IMG/VR virus record: IMGVR_UViG_3300038829_000267
Coordinates: 1 to 61,080 of that record
Strand: one strand, 5' to 3'
DNA length: 61,080 nucleotides
Source of the DNA: a virus
Taxonomy: Duplodnaviria > Caudoviricetes
Below the pieces are notes generated by a model, which searched no databases, had not been told where the DNA came from, and saw only the letters and a list, made by a program, of their open reading frames with translations. Made by a program: the position numbers and the translations under genes. Positions 29,248 through 37,979 of this stretch are shown here, piece by piece; positions within the stretch are counted from its first letter, which is position 1, and every line of letters begins with the position of its first letter.

Positions 29248-29829
29248 ATGATGCGCCCCCGCGCCATCCGCCCGCTGATCGCCCTGCTTGCCGTGGCGAT
29301 CGTCGCCCTCGTACCGCTCACCCTGGTGGCGGTGGCGCAGGCGCCGCCGGCCGCCAGCGACGCAGAGCACGCCAGCTCGAGCAGTAGCCACCCAGACGAT
29401 CCCCTCGGCAGCTCGACCGCCTGGGTGGCGCTGATCTCCTCGCTGACGGTGGCCCTGCAGACCTGGACAAGGCATCAGGCGGGCAAGCGCTACAAGGACG
29501 GCACCGATGCCCGGGTGCTCGCGATCGAGTCGACGATCGGGCCGATGGCGGCACAGCTTGCCGAGCTGCACCGCTTCAGCGTCACGGCCGACCCGCACGA
29601 CGGTTCGTCGACCAGCCGCATGCGCCTCCTCCACCTCGAGGTCCTCAACAAGCTGGCGTCGGTCGAGGAGCAGCGGGCCGGCTCGGACGCCAAGATGGCG
29701 ACGGCGATCGGGCACCTCACCACCATGGTGCAGAGCCTCGAGACGCGTCTCTCCTCTGTCGAGGGGGTCAAGGGAGACGGCGAGCGCCCGCCGCCGCCGC
29801 GACGCCGGCGACAGGGCGGTGCTGCATGA
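29248..29829 (+). CDS. membrane protein, putative holin/antiholin
   Basis: Two hydrophobic segments and a coiled coil; directly upstream of endolysin. Confidence 0.55.
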   Translation: MMRPRAIRPLIALLAVAIVALVPLTLVAVAQAPPAASDAEHASSSSSHPDDPLGSSTAWVALISSLTVALQTWTRHQAGKRYKDGTDARVLAIESTIGPMAAQLAELHRFSVTADPHDGSSTSRMRLLHLEVLNKLASVEEQRAGSDAKMATAIGHLTTMVQSLETRLSSVEGVKGDGERPPPPRRRRQGGAA

Positions 29830-30320
29830 CTACCCAGGTCGGGCTCGACGCCTCGCAGTTCAGGCTGCACATCGTGAGGCCGACGCTTCTGCTGCTCGGT
29901 CTCTGGTCGCGACCGGCCGAGGAGTTGGTCATGGGTACGGCCGCGGCGGAGAGTCAGCTCCGGTACGTGCGCCAGGTCGGCGCCGGCCCGGCGCTGGGGC
30001 TCTATCAGTGCGAGCCCGCAACTCACGCGGACATCCTGGCGAACTTCCTGCGCTTCCGCGCACCGTTGGCAGCGACGGTGTCGACGTTGCTGTGCCCTGG
30101 CGTCGGCCGCCTCGAGCAGCTGCAGGGGAACCTTCCGTACGCGACCGCCATCTGCCGGATCCACTACCTGCGGGTGCCGGCGCCTTTGCCCGGCGAGTCC
30201 GACGTCGCCGGCCAGGCCGCCTACTGGCTCGAGCACTACAACGCCGGCGGCAAGGGCACCGTCGCCCACTACGTCTCCGCCTATCGCGCGCTGATCGGCG
30301 CCGCGCCGACGGGGGTCTGA
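29826..30320 (+). CDS. putative endolysin (lysozyme/transglycosylase-like)
   Basis: GTAAAES, GPALGLYQCEPATH, YWLEHYNAGG motifs. Confidence 0.8.
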   Translation: MTTQVGLDASQFRLHIVRPTLLLLGLWSRPAEELVMGTAAAESQLRYVRQVGAGPALGLYQCEPATHADILANFLRFRAPLAATVSTLLCPGVGRLEQLQGNLPYATAICRIHYLRVPAPLPGESDVAGQAAYWLEHYNAGGKGTVAHYVSAYRALIGAAPTGV

Positions 30321-30661
30321 TGGCCGCCAAGGTCCACCAGCGCCAGCCCGGTCACTGGGCCTTCCACTGCCCGGGATGCCGCGAGGACCACCATTTCGCG
30401 GTGCCTCGCTGGGCGCGGGACGGGTCGATCGACCGGCCGACCTTCTCGCCGTCGCTGCTCGTGACCTCTGGCCACTACTGCGCCGGCTTCAACGCCGACG
30501 ACAGCTGCTGGTGCACCCGCAACGCCGAGCACCCTGACGACGCTGTCTTCGGGTGCTACCGCTGCCACAGCTTCGTCCGAGATGGCCGCATCGAGTTCCT
30601 CTCGGATTGCACCCATGCGCTCGCCGGCCAGACCGTCGAGCTGCCGGACTGGGAGACCTGA
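30320..30661 (+). CDS. DUF6527-like Cys/His-rich protein
   Basis: FHCPGC...H, PTFSPSLLV, CHSFVRDGRIEFLSDCTHALAGQTV. Confidence 0.75.
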   Translation: MAAKVHQRQPGHWAFHCPGCREDHHFAVPRWARDGSIDRPTFSPSLLVTSGHYCAGFNADDSCWCTRNAEHPDDAVFGCYRCHSFVRDGRIEFLSDCTHALAGQTVELPDWET

Positions 30662-30664
30662 GTC

Positions 30665-31825
30665 ATGCACACCACCGAAGCCACCGAAGCCGCAGACGTG
30701 GCCGAGCTCGACGACCTGGCCAAGGCCGGTCGTCACGACCGCAACGACGTCGACGAGCGGGGCGTACCCGAGGGCCGGGCCCTGAAGGCGATCGCCCTGG
30801 GCCAGTACGACCCAGCCACGATGCGCGAGTGGTGGGACAACCGCAAGCTGTTGGGCCCAGACCGGATGCTGCCGGGCCACAACGGCTCCTGGAACCACGG
30901 GCCCGGCGCTCGGGCGTGCGAGTACCGCCTCGGGCTGTCCGACGGCGTCTACTTCATCACCTACGGGCAGGACCAGACGACGGGCGTCACCGGCCTCAAC
31001 GGGAAGGAGGCCGGCCGGCCGAACTACGGCAGCTTCCCCGACGGGGCCATGTCCCAGGTGATCCTCGAGGCAGACCTCCGCCTGCAGAAGAACCCGGCCG
31101 ACAAGCAGGCGGAGGCGGTCCGCGCCGGCGCCACCAAGGCGCTGCGGCATTCGCTCGTCTTCTCGGCCCTGTGTGCCGCTCCGGGCTCCCTCGGCGCCGG
31201 CAAAGCCGACAACCTGACGAGCGCGTGCACCGTGCAGGCCTTCGGCGAGCGCGTGCAGCTCAAGCCCTTCACCAACCTCTCGCCGCAGCTCGCCCTGGCG
31301 CTCGGCCTCCAGGTCGACGTCACCCAGATCGAGCACCAGCCCCGCTGCTGGCCGGCGTTCGTCTTCATGCGAGGCGCCGGCGCCACGGTGTTCTCCGCCG
31401 AGGAGCGCTTCGCCCTCCGCCGCCTGGTGCTGCAGGGCGACATCGCCGCGGTGCAGGCGGTGCCGAGCCTGAAGCAGATCCTGGGCGAGCTCCGCATCCT
31501 GCGGCCGCTCGAGATCGCACGCTTCGAGGGCGGCGGCTACGCGGCGCTGCTGGCCAGCCGCAACTGCGAGTCCGTGCCGACCTACGTCACGACCTGGACG
31601 CCGAGGTCTTACAGCTCGCTCGCCGTCGACGGCGACGTGCGCGGCGCCGAGAACATCGACCCGGGCGACTGCACGATCACCGACGACCACGGAGTGTTGA
31701 CCTTCACCGCCACCACCCTGCCGAACGGCCGCTCCAAGTCCCTGACCTTCGACACCCGGCCGCTCGGCCGACTGCTCTTCCGCGTGATCGTCCCGGCCAT
31801 GGGGCCGTTCGAGATCCGCCGGTAA
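30665..31825 (+). CDS. hypothetical protein
   Basis: 386-aa ORF with typical GC3-rich codons, inside the lysis cassette. Confidence 0.7.
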   Translation: MHTTEATEAADVAELDDLAKAGRHDRNDVDERGVPEGRALKAIALGQYDPATMREWWDNRKLLGPDRMLPGHNGSWNHGPGARACEYRLGLSDGVYFITYGQDQTTGVTGLNGKEAGRPNYGSFPDGAMSQVILEADLRLQKNPADKQAEAVRAGATKALRHSLVFSALCAAPGSLGAGKADNLTSACTVQAFGERVQLKPFTNLSPQLALALGLQVDVTQIEHQPRCWPAFVFMRGAGATVFSAEERFALRRLVLQGDIAAVQAVPSLKQILGELRILRPLEIARFEGGGYAALLASRNCESVPTYVTTWTPRSYSSLAVDGDVRGAENIDPGDCTITDDHGVLTFTATTLPNGRSKSLTFDTRPLGRLLFRVIVPAMGPFEIRR

Positions 31826-31849
31826 ACCCGGCTCCCAAGGAGACCAAGA

Positions 31850-32572
31850 ATGGACACCCCTCCGCTCCTCACCACCGTCGGCGCCGCGATCGCCACGATC
31901 CTCCTCCCTCTCCTCACCAGCCAGGTCAAGCGCCTGCCCTGGCCCTGGCTCGCGGGCCAAGGCGTCGTCATCAACGCGGTGCTCTCGGTGCTGGCGTTCG
32001 CCCTGGGCTGGCTCGTCGACGGCGCCACGACCGCTCAGGCCGGGCAGTACCTGTGGACAGCGCTGATCGTCGCGGGGCTCGGGAGTGCCGGCCACTCGGT
32101 GCTGGTGAACGGGCCGGAGAAGCGGAGTCTCGTCGCCGGCGTCCGCCGACGTCGGACAGCTGCTCTGGTGGCGCTGCTGGCTGTCGGCCTGGCGACTGCC
32201 GGCTGCAGCTCGGCACCGGTGCGCATGGTGCGGGCGGTCGAGATCGGCGCCGACCTGCACCGCGAGACCATGATCGCCGCCGGCGCCGCGTCCGTGCCGG
32301 TGCTCGCTGCCGACGGCAGCGTCGCGCGGCCACCGCTGATCGACCAAGTCGAGCTCGAGCAGATCCGCGACGTCGGCCGAAAGACCGAGCTCACCCTCCG
32401 CGGCGCGCAGGCCGCGGTCGACCTGTACCTCGCTGCGCTGCAGCTGAAGGCGGGCGGAGGTGCGGCTGCCGCCGGCGCCGTCGCCGCGGCTGCCGAGCTG
32501 CAGGCGGCACTCATGGACCTGGTGCGGGTCGCCATCCAGATTGGGCTGGAGGTGCACCGTGCAGGTGGGTGA
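31850..32572 (+). CDS. holin-like multi-TM protein fused to a lipobox-bearing domain (spanin candidate)
   Basis: AAGGAG RBS; about 3 TM helices, then RRRR-hydrophobic-TAGC. Confidence 0.6.
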   Translation: MDTPPLLTTVGAAIATILLPLLTSQVKRLPWPWLAGQGVVINAVLSVLAFALGWLVDGATTAQAGQYLWTALIVAGLGSAGHSVLVNGPEKRSLVAGVRRRRTAALVALLAVGLATAGCSSAPVRMVRAVEIGADLHRETMIAAGAASVPVLAADGSVARPPLIDQVELEQIRDVGRKTELTLRGAQAAVDLYLAALQLKAGGGAAAAGAVAAAAELQAALMDLVRVAIQIGLEVHRAGG

Positions 32573-32768
32573 GCTGCTCGCCAGCCTGACCGCGCCGCAG
32601 GCGCTGGCCCTGGTCGATCTGACCATCAAGGCCGGCCAGGCCGTGGCGCACCGCCTGGCTGAAGCCAAGGCCGAGGACCTGGCCGCCCTCCGTGACCAGC
32701 TGCACGCGGTGGTGATCAGCGACACCGACGCGGCGATCGACGTCGGCCGACACCAAGCCGGCGGCTAG
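32559..32768 (+). CDS. small hypothetical protein (spanin-associated?)
   Basis: GGAGG RBS, GTG start, overlaps the previous gene. Confidence 0.55.
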   Translation: MQVGELLASLTAPQALALVDLTIKAGQAVAHRLAEAKAEDLAALRDQLHAVVISDTDAAIDVGRHQAGG

Positions 32769-32986
32769 TCCCCGCAGAACGGACAGAGCATGCCGTCGTC
32801 ACTGCCGGCGGCATCGAACAGGTCCTCTGCCAGCTCTACGGCGAACCGCGCGGCTTCCGGTGTTCCGCGGATCGACCTGAGCAGCGCGGTCGCCTGCTCA
32901 AGCGCCTCGCGCGCACCCGCCTTCTTGATCTCCAGCATGCGAGCACCGAGGGTTAGTGGCTCGACGGTCGATGGGGAGTCGCTCAT
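32765..32986 (-). CDS. hypothetical protein
   Basis: MSDSPSTVEP...LCPFCGD; coupled to the upstream minus-strand gene. Confidence 0.55.
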   Translation of the reverse strand: MSDSPSTVEPLTLGARMLEIKKAGAREALEQATALLRSIRGTPEAARFAVELAEDLFDAAGSDDGMLCPFCGD

Positions 32987-33321
32987 GCCACCGCCTTTCG
33001 TGCGTCTTGCCATCGGCGCCAATGCTCCGCAAGGGTCGACCGCTCGATGCCGAGGTCGCGGGCTTGTCGCAGCGCCCGTGCTGTCTCGGCGAGATCCCGC
33101 CGTTCGTCGCGCCCAGCAAACGTGACGACGTACGCGCGCAGCCGTCGGACGGCAGCGCGCCGGCCGCGGCGCTGCCACCATGTCGACAGGAGTCCTGCCA
33201 GCCAGGCCTCGTGGCGTGAGCGCTCGCCGGCAGGCGCCTTGGCCACGGCCAGCGCGGCCGCCTCGAACACCTCGCGATCGGGCTCGTTCGTCAGCTCGAG
33301 CACCGCCTCGGGGACCATCAA
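32983..33321 (-). CDS. hypothetical protein
   Basis: 112 aa; coupled minus-strand operon. Confidence 0.55.
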   Translation of the reverse strand: MMVPEAVLELTNEPDREVFEAAALAVAKAPAGERSRHEAWLAGLLSTWWQRRGRRAAVRRLRAYVVTFAGRDERRDLAETARALRQARDLGIERSTLAEHWRRWQDARKAVA

Positions 33322-33620
33322 TTGGCGATGGACTCGTTGAGGTTTCGGAGGCGTTCGGCGTCGTCACGGAGCTGGTCGACGGCCCATGGGATCGCGCGGA
33401 ATGCGCTCTCACCGGGACGCAGCCCGCCGTAGAGCCGCGCCAGGTCCTGGATGCCGTTGACGGCGCCCGGGGCGGAATCGAAGTCCTCGCCGACGATCGC
33501 CAGCCCGAGCACGGCGCGCAGGTCGCCGACAAGTTCGTCTCGATCGGCGATCGCCGCGGCGGGGTCAGCGCCGGCTACAAGGTCGGTGATGAGCTTCGCG
33601 ACTCGCTCCTTCGGGGTCAT
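33318..33620 (-). CDS. hypothetical protein
   Basis: MTPKERVAKL...; coupled. Confidence 0.55.
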   Translation of the reverse strand: MTPKERVAKLITDLVAGADPAAAIADRDELVGDLRAVLGLAIVGEDFDSAPGAVNGIQDLARLYGGLRPGESAFRAIPWAVDQLRDDAERLRNLNESIAN

Positions 33621-33994
33621 GACTGAACCTCGGACAGCTCGCTGAGGATGACCGCGCACTCAGCGCGCAGGCGGGCGGCGAAGGCCTCCCGTGTCGCGCG
33701 GACGCCTTGCACCAGCTCGGCGACGTTGATGCCTCTGAGCCGCGCGTCCTGCAGCTCGAGCGCCAGCTTCCTGATCGTGTAGCGCCAGTGGCGCCGCATC
33801 GCGAGCGGCAACATCGGCGTGTCGATGGCCGGCTCGGCAAGCTGCTCGAGCCGGTGCTCACAGAGCGTGATCAGCCGAGCGATCCGGCCGCGGCGGTATT
33901 CGACGGGCCCAACGATCGCCTTGTGGGCGGCGCGCAGAGACGCCATGTCCTCGTCGGTGAAGCGCAGGGCGTTGACTTGCTCCATGTCGACCAT
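33617..33994 (-). CDS. hypothetical protein
   Basis: AAGGAG RBS before MVDMEQVNAL; helical. Confidence 0.6.
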   Translation of the reverse strand: MVDMEQVNALRFTDEDMASLRAAHKAIVGPVEYRRGRIARLITLCEHRLEQLAEPAIDTPMLPLAMRRHWRYTIRKLALELQDARLRGINVAELVQGVRATREAFAARLRAECAVILSELSEVQS

Positions 33995-34107
33995 CGCGGT
34001 CTCCTTCTCGCCGGCGTCGCCCGGCAGCGGCATCAGTTTACGACCACTCGAACGACGAGGCGCCTGCCTCACTCGAACCGCAGCGTGATCCGCTCGCCGA
34101 GCGCCGC

Positions 34108-34956
34108 TTACGAGGGCGCGTGCTTCCCGTGCTCTTCGTGCATCAAGCGGTCCATCTCGTCCACGAAGCCAAGGAGCTGGGACTCCAGCACGATCTCGTG
34201 CGGGCAAGCCATGCGGTCAAGGATCGCGCACCCGTCGTCGAAGGCGCCCTTCAGCTCCGGCGCCGACGGCGGCGCCACGATGAGATGCGCCTTGAAGGGC
34301 TCCCGGCTCGCCCTGAGCAAGGTCCCGCGTCCCAACCACTTGGTGGCCTTGTCCAGGATGGACTGCGGCTCGAGGAGGTCGAAAGACACGGCGTCGCAGG
34401 CGTGCCAGAGCCCGTTCTTGTAGGCCAAAGGGAAAGTGTGGGTGACTCGCAGGTCTCCCACGATCTCCTTTGACTCCATCCTCGACAGCAGCTTCCTGTC
34501 GGATAGCGGTCGCCGGACAGCGTTGAGCACTTGGGCATCGTCGCGCCGCGCGTTCGCCTGATCGGCATGGCGCTCGACGTAGCGGGTGAATAGACGCGCC
34601 AGGAGCGCGTCGAGGTCCTGAGTCAGGCCGGCCCCGCCGGTCACGAACTGGACGGCGGAGTCGTCGTGCGGGAACACGCGGGCGATGCAGTCCTCCGCTG
34701 TCCGCGGAGCTCGAAGGGGGTGCTTCTCCAGGTCCCTTGCTAGTCGGCGAAGGCCCTTCTCCACGCCGTCGAGCGTGGCCCTCAGGCCTCGTTTGTCGAA
34801 GTGTCCGAAGAAGTCGGTGAGACGCGAGACATGAGTTGAAACCTTGAACAGTAGAGACCCGCTCTGCGGGCAGTACAGGACCACGCCTACGTTGGCAAAT
34901 TCGGCGGCAACGAGGTCCGGGATGTATCTGATGAGCGCGAAGCTGTAGGTCTTCAT
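34108..34956 (-). CDS. DUF3037-domain protein
   Basis: YSFALIRYIPDLVAAEFANVGVVLYCP N-terminus. Confidence 0.85.
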   Translation of the reverse strand: MKTYSFALIRYIPDLVAAEFANVGVVLYCPQSGSLLFKVSTHVSRLTDFFGHFDKRGLRATLDGVEKGLRRLARDLEKHPLRAPRTAEDCIARVFPHDDSAVQFVTGGAGLTQDLDALLARLFTRYVERHADQANARRDDAQVLNAVRRPLSDRKLLSRMESKEIVGDLRVTHTFPLAYKNGLWHACDAVSFDLLEPQSILDKATKWLGRGTLLRASREPFKAHLIVAPPSAPELKGAFDDGCAILDRMACPHEIVLESQLLGFVDEMDRLMHEEHGKHAPS

Positions 34957-35756
34957 TGCAGCGCTCTCCTCACGGCGTTGACGAATGGCTTCCTCTCGCG
35001 ACGTGCGCGCTCGAGGCGCTCCGTCACCAGCGCCAGTATGCGCTCGTCTCGCAGGTCATGCGGAATCGGCGAGAAAAGACGCTGCACCGCCAGGGGAGTC
35101 AGGCGCGCCAGGTCCTTGGCGAACCCGTCCAGCTCTGGGGCAAGCCTTGTCCGCAGGATAGCAGCCGCCACCGGGTGCGTGCCGATGCAAGCCAGCGCCG
35201 GCCCAATCCAGTCGCCGCCCCCGCCTCCAAGCGCGTAGCAGAAGGCGAATGCGCTCTCGTGGTCGATAGCGACGATGCGCCCCTGGTGATTCAGCAGGTT
35301 GGGCTTGTCGAGCCTTCGGTCGGCGTGTTCAACCAGCATGTCGAAGGCGACGACGCGCGAGGCACCGTCGGCATCATCGAGCCGAACTCTTGAATCGTGG
35401 CCCCATGTCGTCGTGTCCCTGAGGTAGCGCGAGCCGAACATCGGCTGCGTCGCAACGGCGAGCATGCTGCCGACCCTTCCCGGCACCGTGGCCACAAGGC
35501 CATCCGCGAGCGAGACGAGGCAGGGTTCGGGTGTTCGGATCCTGAAGTAGTTGGCCAGTAGGGCGCCGAGGATCTCGAGGCATCGAGCCGGTGGCTCCAG
35601 GAATTTCGCCACCACCTCGAACGGAGGTTCTCCGGGCGATTCGCACTCGAGCAGACAGGGGCAGGTGCGACCGCTCGGGAAGGGGACATCCCTCCACGCG
35701 ACCGCGGTCACGGCCCGCATGGGCATAGGCAGGGATGGCGACCTAAGTCTTACCAT
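34953..35756 (-). CDS. HipA-like Ser/Thr kinase
   Basis: GRTCP loop, VVAKF, FGSRY, AFDMLVEHADRR..PNLL, IVAIDHESAF; start could be 35756, 35726 or 35720. Confidence 0.85.
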   Translation of the reverse strand: MVRLRSPSLPMPMRAVTAVAWRDVPFPSGRTCPCLLECESPGEPPFEVVAKFLEPPARCLEILGALLANYFRIRTPEPCLVSLADGLVATVPGRVGSMLAVATQPMFGSRYLRDTTTWGHDSRVRLDDADGASRVVAFDMLVEHADRRLDKPNLLNHQGRIVAIDHESAFAFCYALGGGGGDWIGPALACIGTHPVAAAILRTRLAPELDGFAKDLARLTPLAVQRLFSPIPHDLRDERILALVTERLERARRERKPFVNAVRRALQ

Positions 35757-35992
35757 TCAGGACTCAACTTTCGCTTCTCCGCCCACCTAAGCGTCTCGAT
35801 CAACTCTCGGCGCTCGTCCTTCGTGTGGGGTCCGAGCTCGAACAGGATCGCCCGCGTGTCCTGCGCGAGCCGCGTGTAGAACTCGGCCGGCGGCACGTAC
35901 GGCTCCTGGGAGGCCACCAGGTCGGCGAGCGTCAAGACCGCGCCTCCCTGGTCGTTGTCCTCGAGCAGCAGAATCCGCGGACCGTTGCTCAT
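35750..35992 (-). CDS. hypothetical protein
   Basis: 80 aa MSNGPRILL...; overlaps neighbours. Confidence 0.5.
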   Translation of the reverse strand: MSNGPRILLLEDNDQGGAVLTLADLVASQEPYVPPAEFYTRLAQDTRAILFELGPHTKDERRELIETLRWAEKRKLSPEW

Positions 35993-36316
35993 CACGGCCC
36001 ACCCCGCGGCGCCCACAGCCCAACGCCGCCCTGCCGCGCCGTCGCCTCGAGCGCGTCGTACGCGGCCGCCCGGTCGCACTTTCCCTTGTGCCAGGTCACC
36101 CCGAGCCCGCTCGAGATGATCGCGGCACCAAGGTCGCTGCCGGCCTCGAGGTAGTACTCGACCCGTACAGAGCCCAGCCCCGGGCTCGCCTCCAGCGTGA
36201 TCACCAGGTCGGTCACGTCCTCGCCCGGTGTCGGCGTCCAGCAGGCGGAAGTGGGCGGCCGGGTCGTCGGGGTCCGGGTCGGTGACCTCGACGCGGGCGG
36301 GGATGGCGGCGGGCAC
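35992..36316 (-). pseudogene. probably frameshifted gene with thermonuclease (SNase)-like C-terminus
   Basis: DLGAAIISSGLG...ALEATARQGGVGLWA; removing one base near 36223-36226 joins RLLDADTG to EDVTDLVITLE. Confidence 0.45.
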
Positions 36317-36317
36317 C

Positions 36318-36857
36318 TCAGTCGTCCTTCACCCGAAGGGTCAGACGAAGCGTCGGGCCTGGCTCGGCCTCATACGCCGCCGCGAAGGCTCCCTCCTCGA
36401 CCGCCAAGCGCGAGGTGAAGATCCGAGAGCGCTTCTCCTCGACCTGTCCAGACACCGGCGCGGCTGTCGCCAGCACCTTGCCGGCGGACACGAACTCGAT
36501 CAGGACGTCGACCAGCTTGTCGTGGGAGGGCTGAACCGCAACGGTCGCGAGCACGTCGAACACCGCGCTCTTCTTCCCGGCGACCTTCTTCGACTTCCGC
36601 TTCAGCATCACCGAGATCGCCTGAAAGTAGGCGTTCTCGCAGATGTAGCCGTCGACGTCCTTGAGCAGGCGCGAGCCGTTCTCGGGGAAGCGCAGGAGCG
36701 GCGGCGCGGGGAACTCGAGGATCATCGGCGATTGGAACTGCTGCTGAACCGCGCCCTGGGTCGCTACGACCTGGGCGTTGCCCGCACCCAAGGGCGCGAT
36801 CAGGGCTGCCGACCACAGCGCGAGCAGTCTGGCTAGGCGGCGTCTTCGGTACGGCAT
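36318..36857 (-). CDS. secreted/periplasmic protein of unknown function
   Basis: MPYRRRRLARLLALWSAALIAPLGAGNA signal peptide; beta-rich body. Confidence 0.7.
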   Translation of the reverse strand: MPYRRRRLARLLALWSAALIAPLGAGNAQVVATQGAVQQQFQSPMILEFPAPPLLRFPENGSRLLKDVDGYICENAYFQAISVMLKRKSKKVAGKKSAVFDVLATVAVQPSHDKLVDVLIEFVSAGKVLATAAPVSGQVEEKRSRIFTSRLAVEEGAFAAAYEAEPGPTLRLTLRVKDD

Positions 36858-36976
36858 GGTCGTCCCCCCTTGGTTGAATAGGTGCCGGCCGACGCGAAAA
36901 TCTGACACGCCTGGGCCGCCGGAAACGTCTATCGGAAGCGGGATGCTACACCCGGCAGGTGCCTAGAGTGCGAGCC

Positions 36977-37792
36977 ATGACCAACCAACCTCGCGCGTCC
37001 CTCACTGTCGTCGGCACGGGCATCGCCGTCGGCGCCCAGACCACCCTCGAGGCTCGACTGGCGATCGAGCAGGCCGATCGGCTCCTGCACCTGGTGGCCG
37101 ACCCGGTGGCGGAGGCCTGGCTCGGCCGACGCCACTCCGCCGGGGAGAGCCTGCGCGACTGCTACCGGGAGGGCCGGCCGCGCCGCGACTCCTATGCCGA
37201 GATGGTCGCGCGGGTTCTGGCCGCCCTCGCCGCCGGCGGCCGCGTGGTCTGGGCGACATACGGACACCCGGGCGTCTTCGCCGGCGCCTGCCACCAGGCC
37301 CTTCAGGCGGCGAGGGCCGCCGGCTATCCGGCGCGCATGCAGGCTGGTGTCGGTGCCGACAGCTGCATCTGGGCAGACCTCGAGGTGGATCCTGGGCAGC
37401 ACGGCGTGCAGCAGTGGGAGGCCACGGACTGGCTGTTACGGCGCCGCGGCTGGGACGCGACGTCGCTGCTCGTGCTCTGGCAGGTCGGGGCGATCGGGCA
37501 GGGAGGTTGGAGCGAGTCGGGGTGGGACATGCGCCGCGGCCTGGGCGTGCTGGCTCGGCGCCTCCTCGAGCAGTACCCCGCCCGGCACCAGGCGTGCCTC
37601 TACGAGGCAGCGGTGTCGCCGGCGCTGCGGCCGCGCCGTGACCTGGTGGCGATCGAGGACCTCGCCGGCGCCGCCGTGAGCACCGCGACGACCCTGGTTG
37701 TCTTCCCGCTGCCCCCGCGCCCGTGGGACAGATCTGTAGCAGATGATGTCGGTCTGTCAGATTTCGGTGGCGAGCGGCACTATACGGGGTAG
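36977..37792 (+). CDS. borosin-type SAM-dependent peptide alpha-N-methyltransferase (tetrapyrrole methylase fold)
   Basis: SLTVVGTGI, ADP, CY-x5-R-x3-Y (Y63/R69/Y73), YGHPGVF, GVGADSCIWADLEVDP, EATDWL, LWQVG, LYEAA match OphMA/SonM-type enzymes as I recall them. TAGAGT lies 7 nt before the ATG (possible leaderless transcript). Confidence 0.88.
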   Translation: MTNQPRASLTVVGTGIAVGAQTTLEARLAIEQADRLLHLVADPVAEAWLGRRHSAGESLRDCYREGRPRRDSYAEMVARVLAALAAGGRVVWATYGHPGVFAGACHQALQAARAAGYPARMQAGVGADSCIWADLEVDPGQHGVQQWEATDWLLRRRGWDATSLLVLWQVGAIGQGGWSESGWDMRRGLGVLARRLLEQYPARHQACLYEAAVSPALRPRRDLVAIEDLAGAAVSTATTLVVFPLPPRPWDRSVADDVGLSDFGGERHYTG

Positions 37793-37850
37793 GGGTCACT
37801 GTCGGCCCCTGGTATGGGGCTCGCCCAGTCTGGCCCCTGGAGTCGCACCA

Positions 37851-37979
37851 ATGGACCTCGACCAGCTCCTCGACCTTGCCGACGCCCCAACGCTCGATGC
37901 AATCGAGGCCGCCCAGGACCTCGCCTTGGCGGCGCCGGCAGGCCACGCACCGCTGCTGATCATCCTCGCTGACGAATGA
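37851..37979 (+). CDS. 42-aa peptide, candidate borosin precursor
   Basis: GGAG RBS; MDLDQLLDLADAPTLDAIEAAQDLALAAPAGHAPLLIILADE; ATGA overlap with the next gene. Confidence 0.6.
   Translation: MDLDQLLDLADAPTLDAIEAAQDLALAAPAGHAPLLIILADE

Noticed and set aside
30281-32725. 814-aa minus and 678-aa plus ORFs across the lysis region
   Set aside because: Shadow or off-frame ORFs of real coupled genes
36977-37792. Cobalamin/siroheme tetrapyrrole methylase as an auxiliary metabolic gene
   Set aside because: It has YGHPGVF and the Y-x5-R-x3-Y motif rather than the GDP motif of CobA/CysG, and there are no tetrapyrrole genes nearby
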